From: a bacterium
GTDB taxonomy: Bacteria; Zhuqueibacterota; Zhuqueibacteria; Residuimicrobiales; Krinioviventaceae
Direction: 5' to 3'
Length of the DNA stretch: 64,000 nt
NCBI GenBank assembly: GCA_963693055.1
Contig: OY843751.1
Span: 4,224,001 to 4,288,000 of the forward strand
Shown here: one piece after another, positions 40,508 through 46,908 of the stretch
Position numbering within the stretch: position 1 is the first letter of the stretch
How the letters are laid out: every line of letters begins with the position of its first letter
The notes under the pieces: model-generated
Databases searched by the model: none
Told to the model about the DNA's origin: nothing
What the model saw: only the letters and a program-made list of their open reading frames with translations
Made by a program: the position numbers and the translations under genes

Positions 40508-42556
40508 TTAATATTTGACCCGTTTTCCTCTACCTGCGCGGGGATTCAGTGCACCGCTGTTCAAATCCTGTATCCGGTCACGTAAATCCGCGGCTTTTTC
40601 AAATTCCATATGTGATGCCGCTTCATACATCTGATGTTCTAACTGAAGCAGGTATTCGTTCTTTTCTTCAAAAGAGAGTTTTTTCCAGTTCTCTTTGAAT
40701 TGTTTTTCTTCATCCGCAGATTGCTTTTTACCATAGGGTGCCGGTTTAGCATCTGCAACCCGTGTTGCGCCCATTACCGCTTCAATGGATTTCATAATGG
40801 TTGTGGGCGTTATATTATGTTCTTCATTGTATTTCTGTTGAATGGCACGACGACGATTGGTCTCGTCTATGGCAACCTGCATGGAATCCGTTACCTTGTC
40901 CGCGTAAAATATAACAATACCCTCTGAATTTCGCGCAGCTCTTCCTGCAGTCTGTATCAACGATCGTGCCGAACGTAAATATCCTTCCTTGTCCGCGTCC
41001 AGTATTGCCACCAGCGAAACTTCTGGCAAATCCAATCCCTCTCGCAGCAGGTTAATACCCACCAATACGTCAAACTCGCCCAAACGCAGATCACGTAAAA
41101 TAGCCATTCGGTCCAGAGCGTCTATCTCAGAGTGCATATACCGCACCCGAATGCCAATACCCGCCAGGTAATCGGTCAGGTCTTCTGACATGCGCTTGGT
41201 CAGTGTGGTTACCAATACACGCTCGTTCTTGTCCGCGCGAATATTAATCTCGTGCACCAGATCGTCGATCTGTCCTTTAACAGGACGTATTACAATCTGC
41301 GGATCCATAAGCCCGGTGGGACGAATGATCTGTTCAGACACCACACCGTTGCACTTTTCCATCTCGTAATCCGCAGGTGTTGCGGATACAAATACGACTT
41401 TATCTATTACTTTTTCAAATTCATCAAAATTTAACGGACGGTTGTCCAGTGCCGACGGCAGACGAAAACCGTGCTCTACCAGCGTTTCTTTACGGGACCT
41501 GTCACCAAAATACATCCCCCTGAACTGCGGAACCGACACGTGCGACTCGTCAATGATCATTAAAAAATCATCCGGGAAATAATCGATCAACGTATACGGA
41601 CGCTCACCGGCTTTTCGTCCGGACAAGTGCCGCGAATAGTTTTCGATACCCGAGCAAAAGCCGATTTCCTGCATCATCTCGATATCGTAACGGGTTTTCG
41701 ACTCCAGTCGCTGCGCCTCTACCAGCTTGTTCTCTTTGCGGAACTTTAGCAATTGCTGGTCCAGTTCTTCTTCTATATCTGTAATGGCTTTTTGAAGTTG
41801 CGTATAGGGGGTTACAAAATGCTTGGCGGGAAAAATGGCCACATTGGGACGACGACTTATAATCTCGCCGGTGATCGTGTCCACAATCGAAATTTCCTCA
41901 ATCTCATCACCAAACATCTCGATACGAATTGCCTCTTTTTCATACGCAGGGATTAGTTCAATCACATCACCACGCACCCGGAACGTACCGCGCTCGAACG
42001 CAATATCGTTACGGCTGTACTGGATCTCTACCAGCTTGCGCAGGATCTCATCCCGATCGATCCGCTGCCCCACATTCAGGAACAGCAGCATCTGCTTCCA
42101 GGTCTCCGGTGTACCCAATCCGTAAATACAAGACACTGAAGCCACAATGATTACATCACTACGGGTCATCAAAGAACTGGTGGCCTTTAACCGCAATCGA
42201 TCAATCTCGTCATTGATAGACGTGTCTTTTTCGATATAGGTATCTGTAGACGGCAAATACGCTTCCGGCTGATAATAATCGTAATAACTGATAAAATATT
42301 CTACCGCATTGTCGGGGAAAAAGCTTTTAAACTCTCCGTACAACTGGGCCGCCAGGGTCTTGTTATGCGAGATCACCAACGTGGGACGGTTATAGCGGGC
42401 AATCACATTCGCCATGGTATAGGTTTTACCGCTTCCGGTAACACCCAGCAGCGTTTGAAATTTCTCACCCTGCTCCAGTCCCCGTGTCAGCTCATCTACT
42501 GCCTGCGGCTGATCACCCTGTAATTTATAATCTGATACTAGTTTGAATTTATCCAT
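40508..42556 (-). CDS. uvrB: excinuclease ABC subunit B
   Basis: [43 protein letters not shown]-term UVR domain. Confidence 0.98.
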   Translation of the reverse strand: MDKFKLVSDYKLQGDQPQAVDELTRGLEQGEKFQTLLGVTGSGKTYTMANVIARYNRPTLVISHNKTLAAQLYGEFKSFFPDNAVEYFISYYDYYQPEAYLPSTDTYIEKDTSINDEIDRLRLKATSSLMTRSDVIIVASVSCIYGLGTPETWKQMLLFLNVGQRIDRDEILRKLVEIQYSRNDIAFERGTFRVRGDVIELIPAYEKEAIRIEMFGDEIEEISIVDTITGEIISRRPNVAIFPAKHFVTPYTQLQKAITDIEEELDQQLLKFRKENKLVEAQRLESKTRYDIEMMQEIGFCSGIENYSRHLSGRKAGERPYTLIDYFPDDFLMIIDESHVSVPQFRGMYFGDRSRKETLVEHGFRLPSALDNRPLNFDEFEKVIDKVVFVSATPADYEMEKCNGVVSEQIIRPTGLMDPQIVIRPVKGQIDDLVHEINIRADKNERVLVTTLTKRMSEDLTDYLAGIGIRVRYMHSEIDALDRMAILRDLRLGEFDVLVGINLLREGLDLPEVSLVAILDADKEGYLRSARSLIQTAGRAARNSEGIVIFYADKVTDSMQVAIDETNRRRAIQQKYNEEHNITPTTIMKSIEAVMGATRVADAKPAPYGKKQSADEEKQFKENWKKLSFEEKNEYLLQLEHQMYEAASHMEFEKAADLRDRIQDLNSGALNPRAGRGKRVKY

Positions 42557-42610
42557 AACACTATTATAATATGAGAATTGCGTAATTATCCAATGTAAAA
42601 ATCTGACAAC

Positions 42611-42639
42611 AATATACTATCAATATGACAAATTGTCAA
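42611..42639 (-). promoter_or_regulatory. sigma70-type promoter of uvrB; -35 box overlaps the palindrome TGACAAATTGTCA
   Basis: Minus strand TTGACA-17 nt-TATATT; palindrome at 42626-42638. Confidence 0.7.
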
Positions 42640-42784
42640 GCTGTAAGTGACCTTGATTTAACCTTGATTAAAAGGATTAGACCATGATTACCATGATAAG
42701 AAGGATTAAAGTCGGTCGCTGCCCTTCGATACTCTGCCTACGGCAGATACTCAAGGTCCGTGCCCGCCGAAGGCCCGATTCCAT

Positions 42785-42810
42785 GTACGGGCGGACCTGT
42801 GTGTCCGCCC
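42785..42810. repeat. REP-like palindrome, copy 1 of 3
   Basis: GTAC-GGGCGGAC-CTGTGT-GTCCGCCC; related copies at 44899 and 46663. Confidence 0.8.
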
Positions 42811-42836
42811 ATTTCTTTACTCCGTCCGAAACTCCT

Positions 42837-43135
42837 CAGACTGTGTGAAAATGAATTAAATTTCAAACAAATAAAATTATATTTATGAGCAAAATTTAAA
42901 AAAGACGTGGAGTGCATTACCTTTATGTAATGCGGGCCGTCGGAGACGGCCTCCATTCAACTATATTTGCATAATAATATTAAACTTACATCACAATAAT
43001 AAATCTATAATATTTGAAAAGCAGGCGGGTTTAAATCGGACCTTCGGTCCGACGCATAACGCCGGTAGGCGGTCACACGCATAAAGGCGATGCAGTCCAA
43101 AAACATAACAATTTTTCTTGTTTTTACACAACCTG
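42837..43135. mobile_element. 299-bp non-autonomous IS1182-type element (MITE)
   Basis: Left end CAGACTGTGTGAAAATGA is identical to the IS left end at 45030; right end matches the IS right end 15/18; flanked by duplicated TCCT inside the perfect hairpin TCCGTCCGAAAC/GTTTCGGACGGA; no transposase ORF. Confidence 0.85.
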
Positions 43136-43248
43136 TCCTGTTTCGGACGGAAATGACTCACAAAACTCTGTTTTGTTTTTCACCAGATCACCGGGTGCAT
43201 TTGCGCCCGGTGGAACATCACTCAGTACTTGAGACCTGGGAAAATCAC

Positions 43249-43365
43249 TGTCTGAAATATGATTTTTAGGATTCATCAGATGAAAGAATTACAACCATTA
43301 CTCCTTAAATCCCCCTCCCTCATCCTATTAATCCTTTCATCCTACCCATCCTAATTCAGACAAAA
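43249..43365. repeat. ATCCT/AGGAT-unit repeat bounded by inverted TGTCTGAA...TTCAGACA
   Basis: Imperfect inverted repeat; its right half recurs at 44972-45009. Confidence 0.65.
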
Positions 43366-43498
43366 AAAATTACATATTTCTATTGCTTTATATTACATTT
43401 TTCCATTTATTCATAATGATGGGGGTAGTACAGGATGGGTGTAAGTTTTTCAATAAATAAATTCATTACTAATTGAAAAAAAATAAAAATTAAATTGT

Positions 43499-44245
43499 AT
43501 GAATACAACATTTTTAAATCATTGTAAAGAAGCATATTACTTTGAATTAGAGCGAAAAGATAGAATAAATTCCAATGTCAATATTCATATAACAATAATC
43601 ACTATCGTTATTGGTGCAATTGCTTTCTTTTTAAATAATTTACCTGATCCCCAAATAAATATCATCTTAATTATGATTTTTTATTTATCCTTATTATTGT
43701 CATCAGTTTTTACATTAATAGTATTTTATATCATTTTTAAAACAATTACTGGATACAAGTATGAATTTATTGCATCAACAGAAACATTTGAAAATTACAT
43801 AAATGATGTAAATGCTTATAATAAACAAGTATCAAAAAATGAAAAAATTGACATAAACACCAAATTCGAAAATTTACTATTCAAACAATTTTGCAAATGT
43901 GCAACACGTAATCAAATTAATAATGATAAAAAATCAGGTTATTTGAATTCTTTATCACGAAAACTTAGTATAACAGTAATACTGATTTTTTTTACATCAA
44001 TACCATTTTTTATATTAAATTTTACTCCTGAAAATAAAATTCAAAATATAAGAATAATTAACTTCGAGGATTCTGAAATGTTAGATAAAAAAGATGAAAC
44101 ACCAATAAATAAAAATACTAATGATTCAGATAAAACAAACAATCAAAAACCTGAACCGCCCAAAGAACCAACAACAAGGACTGTATTAGAATCTGAGCAT
44201 GGGCAAGACAAAGATAGTAACAACCTTTCGAGTACTGAAAAATAA
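43499..44245 (+). CDS. very AT-rich 3-TM hypothetical protein (PycTM-like topology)
   Basis: 248 aa; two adjacent TMs, soluble loop ending N..N.KK..YL, third TM, low-complexity C-tail; 9/60 GC at 43681-43740. Confidence 0.7.
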   Translation: MNTTFLNHCKEAYYFELERKDRINSNVNIHITIITIVIGAIAFFLNNLPDPQINIILIMIFYLSLLLSSVFTLIVFYIIFKTITGYKYEFIASTETFENYINDVNAYNKQVSKNEKIDINTKFENLLFKQFCKCATRNQINNDKKSGYLNSLSRKLSITVILIFFTSIPFFILNFTPENKIQNIRIINFEDSEMLDKKDETPINKNTNDSDKTNNQKPEPPKEPTTRTVLESEHGQDKDSNNLSSTEK

Positions 44246-44373
44246 TTCCCCCTAATTTCAAAATTCATCTTATTAGGAACGAATTATTTGCATAATTTGC
44301 TCCTCGTCAAATCATTGCTGGCTTGTAGTCCGCATAACATAATAAAACATATCCAACCAATAAAGGAACCCCA

Positions 44374-44862
44374 ATGCCCAATATAACCGAATACAAAAAA
44401 CAGATGCAAAAAGGCGACGTGCCCAAAGCGTATCGCACGATCATGCAATACATCATGGACCTGCGCACGCATTTTCAGAAAGCACACCCCGACTTTACCG
44501 TCTCCGGCAGCATCTATTTCGGATACATGGACATGTCTTACTTTGCAGTCATAACGGATTTGTTGAAAAGCCACAAGCTGAAAATCGCCATTGTGTTCAT
44601 CCACGAGACCGTCAGCTTTGAGGTGTGGCTCGCCGCCGCAAACAAACAGGTACAGAAAAAATACTGGCAATACGCCAAACAACACGAGTGGGACAAATAC
44701 CGCATCCCCCAGTCCATCCAGGGCGAGGACTCTATCCTCGAGCACACCCTTACCTCCACCCCGGATTTCGACAAACCCGATTCCCTCACCCACCAAATCG
44801 AAACAGACACTCTGGCATTTATCAAAGATATCGAAGCGTATCTGGCAGATATTTCAAATTGA
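44374..44862 (+). CDS. hypothetical protein (DUF7000-like, recalled from motif)
   Basis: AAGGA RBS; KAYR.IM.YIM.LR..F...GSIYFGYMDMSYF...LKIAIVF.H...FEVWL; C-rich codons. Confidence 0.7.
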   Translation: MPNITEYKKQMQKGDVPKAYRTIMQYIMDLRTHFQKAHPDFTVSGSIYFGYMDMSYFAVITDLLKSHKLKIAIVFIHETVSFEVWLAAANKQVQKKYWQYAKQHEWDKYRIPQSIQGEDSILEHTLTSTPDFDKPDSLTHQIETDTLAFIKDIEAYLADISN

Positions 44863-44898
44863 TCAAATTTTATCATTATTTTTATTTCTACTCATACC

Positions 44899-44924
44899 GC
44901 ACAGGCGGACCTGCGTGTCCGCCC
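44899..44924. repeat. REP-like palindrome, copy 2
   Basis: GCACAGGCGGACCTGCGTGTCCGCCC. Confidence 0.75.
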
Positions 44925-44971
44925 CAATTATATTTCACTGTGTATCCATCCAATTATCTGTCCCTACAAAG

Positions 44972-45009
44972 CCCCCTCCCTAATCCTACTCATCCTAATT
45001 CAGACAAAA
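44972..45009. repeat. direct repeat of 43311-43365 (ATCCT family)
   Basis: ATCCTAC[C/T]CATCCTAATTCAGACAAAA is 26/27 identical at 43339 and 44983; both copies are preceded by CCCCCTCCCT. Confidence 0.75.
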
Positions 45010-45029
45010 GCCTCTCATTCCCAGGCAGA

Positions 45030-46629
45030 CAGACTGTGTGAAAATGATCTTGAATATATGATATTAAAGTTGGATATTCAAGTTGAAAGGAGAATCCAAC
45101 TATGCGATATGTTCAAGGTCATAATCGAGAGCAGGAGACGATGTTTCCATCGGTAATGGATGACTATGTAACCGAAGATAATCCGGTAAGGTTTCTTGAC
45201 GCTTATGTTGATACTCTTGACTTACTTAAACTCGGATTTACCCATGCAGATCCCCAGGCAGTAGGCAGAAAACCTTACAATCCGGCAGATCTTTTAAAAT
45301 TATACATTTATGGTTATCTCAATCGTGTTCGGTCCAGTCGTATGCTTGAAAAAGAGACAATCAAAAATTTAGAAGTAATATGGTTGCTTCGTGGATTACG
45401 ACCAGACTTTAAAACTATTGCAGATTTTCGAAAGGACAATAAAGGAGCACTTAAAAAAGTACATCGGGAATTTGTCCTTTATTGTCGTGAACTCAATTTG
45501 TTTGCCCTGGAATTGATTGCCATAGACGGCAGTAAATTCGCTGCAGTCAATCACACCAGAAAAGTTTTTAGTAAAACGAAAATAAAAAAAATGATCAATG
45601 AAATAGATCAAAGTATAAATGATTATCTTGAAAATATTGAACAAAATGATAAACATGAAAAGAGTGCCTCCCATCCGTCGGAAAATAAAGTAAAAAAAAA
45701 GATTGAACACCTAAAGACACAAAAAAGCACCCTGCAAGGCTATGAAGCTGAATTAGAGGCAACAGGCGAAACACAGATTGCCCTGACTGATCCTGACTGC
45801 CGTATCATGCGCACGGGACATAAGGGGCAGGATGCGTGTTACAATATTCAAAGTGCAGTTGACGGTAAATACAAGTTGGTCGTTGACTTTGATATTACAA
45901 ACGAAGGGAATGACCTGCATCAACTTGATAATATGACAAACAGGGTGAAAGAGTTATTTCAAATTGAAGGATTCAACGCTGTTGCTGATTTAGGATACTA
46001 TGAGAGAGATGAAATAAAAAAATGCCATGATAATAAAATCGAATGTTTTCTACCGGAAGGTAATAAATCACAGAACAGCGCAAAAGGGCTGTATACCAAT
46101 AAAAGTTTTCAATATAATGCTAAAGACGATTGCTATATTTGCCCCGCAAAACAACAATTGAATTGGACATACTTCAGAAATCATAACGGCAAAAAAGAAA
46201 AGGTATATTGGACTGCGGCTTGTCGAAAATGTAAACTCAAATCAAAATGCACTACAGCCAAAGATGTGCGTCATATTTATCGATGGGAACATGAAGGAAT
46301 CATAGATGAAATGCGCCAACGGGTCAAAGAAAATCCAGAAATCATTGCCGCTAGGCGGAATATAGTGGAACATCCATACGGGACCATAAAATATGCAATG
46401 GGACATTACTATTTTCTTTGTAAAGGGCTTGAAATGGTTAAAACGGAAATGAGTTTATCATTTCTGGCTTACAACATGAAAAGAGTAATGAATATTATTG
46501 GTGTGAAACAATTAATAAGCATTATTAAAATGTATAAAATGAAAACTCGTGATTTTAAATGTTATTTTCCATTTTGTCCCATTAAAGTCTATAAAATAGC
46601 TGTTCTATAGTTTGTTTTCACACAGTCTG
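45030..46629 (+). mobile_element. IS1182-family insertion sequence, 1600 bp
   Basis: Perfect 15-bp TIRs CAGACTGTGTGAAAA (45030-45044) and TTTTCACACAGTCTG (46615-46629); AGA duplicated on both sides; transposase inside. Confidence 0.93.
45102..46610 (+). CDS. IS1182 family DDE transposase
   Basis: GRKPYNP..LLKLYIYGY..SSR.LE, PDFKTIADFR, IAIDGSK, TDPD, ADLGY, CPA..C..C..C, RR.IVEHPYG, LAYNMKR; GGAG RBS. Confidence 0.95.
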   Translation: MRYVQGHNREQETMFPSVMDDYVTEDNPVRFLDAYVDTLDLLKLGFTHADPQAVGRKPYNPADLLKLYIYGYLNRVRSSRMLEKETIKNLEVIWLLRGLRPDFKTIADFRKDNKGALKKVHREFVLYCRELNLFALELIAIDGSKFAAVNHTRKVFSKTKIKKMINEIDQSINDYLENIEQNDKHEKSASHPSENKVKKKIEHLKTQKSTLQGYEAELEATGETQIALTDPDCRIMRTGHKGQDACYNIQSAVDGKYKLVVDFDITNEGNDLHQLDNMTNRVKELFQIEGFNAVADLGYYERDEIKKCHDNKIECFLPEGNKSQNSAKGLYTNKSFQYNAKDDCYICPAKQQLNWTYFRNHNGKKEKVYWTAACRKCKLKSKCTTAKDVRHIYRWEHEGIIDEMRQRVKENPEIIAARRNIVEHPYGTIKYAMGHYYFLCKGLEMVKTEMSLSFLAYNMKRVMNIIGVKQLISIIKMYKMKTRDFKCYFPFCPIKVYKIAVL

Positions 46630-46662
46630 AGAGCCCGGGAACGAGAAACAGGATATTTCCAT

Positions 46663-46688
46663 GTACGGGCGAATCTGTGTGTCCGCCC
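46663..46688. repeat. REP-like palindrome, copy 3
   Basis: GTACGGGCGAATCTGTGTGTCCGCCC; shares the upstream TTCCAT with copy 1. Confidence 0.75.
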
Positions 46689-46799
46689 TCCCTCATTTCA
46701 CCAATCCTTAAATCCTGTACATCCGGGTTCATCCCCAAGAAAATCACTTGATTCCTACCCGCAAAATGCTAATTTATAACCGTGCTGTGAACGGTTTCA

Positions 46800-46815
46800 T
46801 GGCATATTCCTTGCA
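46800..46815 (+). promoter_or_regulatory. sigma54 (-24/-12) promoter upstream of the GHL10 gene
   Basis: TGGCATATTCCTTGCA has exact GG-N10-GC spacing and is close to the TGGCACG-N4-TTGCW consensus. Confidence 0.65.
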
Positions 46816-46908
46816 AAATTATCCACATTCGGTATTTAAGTCTTGATGTTGTAAATAATGAACCAGAATTAAAACGCTAACAGACTGATTAAAAAGAAAT
46901 TATACCCA

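Noticed and set aside
42738-42956. 72-aa minus-strand ORF
   Set aside because: It spans REP copy 1 and the MITE boundary; MGGHTGPPVH is just the translated palindrome.
43036-43052. TCGGAC/GTCCGA shared between a MITE hairpin and its target stem, as a possible guide sequence
   Set aside because: Only 6 bp, with no equivalent match for the IS target; IS1182 DDE enzymes are not known to be RNA-guided, so chance is likely.
43021-43080. Resemblance to a c-di-GMP-I riboswitch (AAA-stem-GACGCA)
   Set aside because: No GNRA tetraloop, GGCAAAC or P1 stem; it lies inside the MITE rather than in a 5' UTR.
44284-45041. Overlapping alternative ORFs (44284-44796 -, 44538-44876 -, 44591-44983 +, 44625-45041 +)
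   Set aside because: Shadows of the GC-rich 44374-44862 gene; no motifs or RBS.
42837-46629. Composite transposon from the MITE left end to the IS right end
   Set aside because: Geometrically possible, but each element has its own TSD and its own hairpin target, so they are independent insertions.
42600-46750. CRISPR array or integron attC array
   Set aside because: Repeats are heterogeneous and irregularly spaced, there are no RYYYAAC...GTTRRRY pairs, and no cas or intI gene is present.
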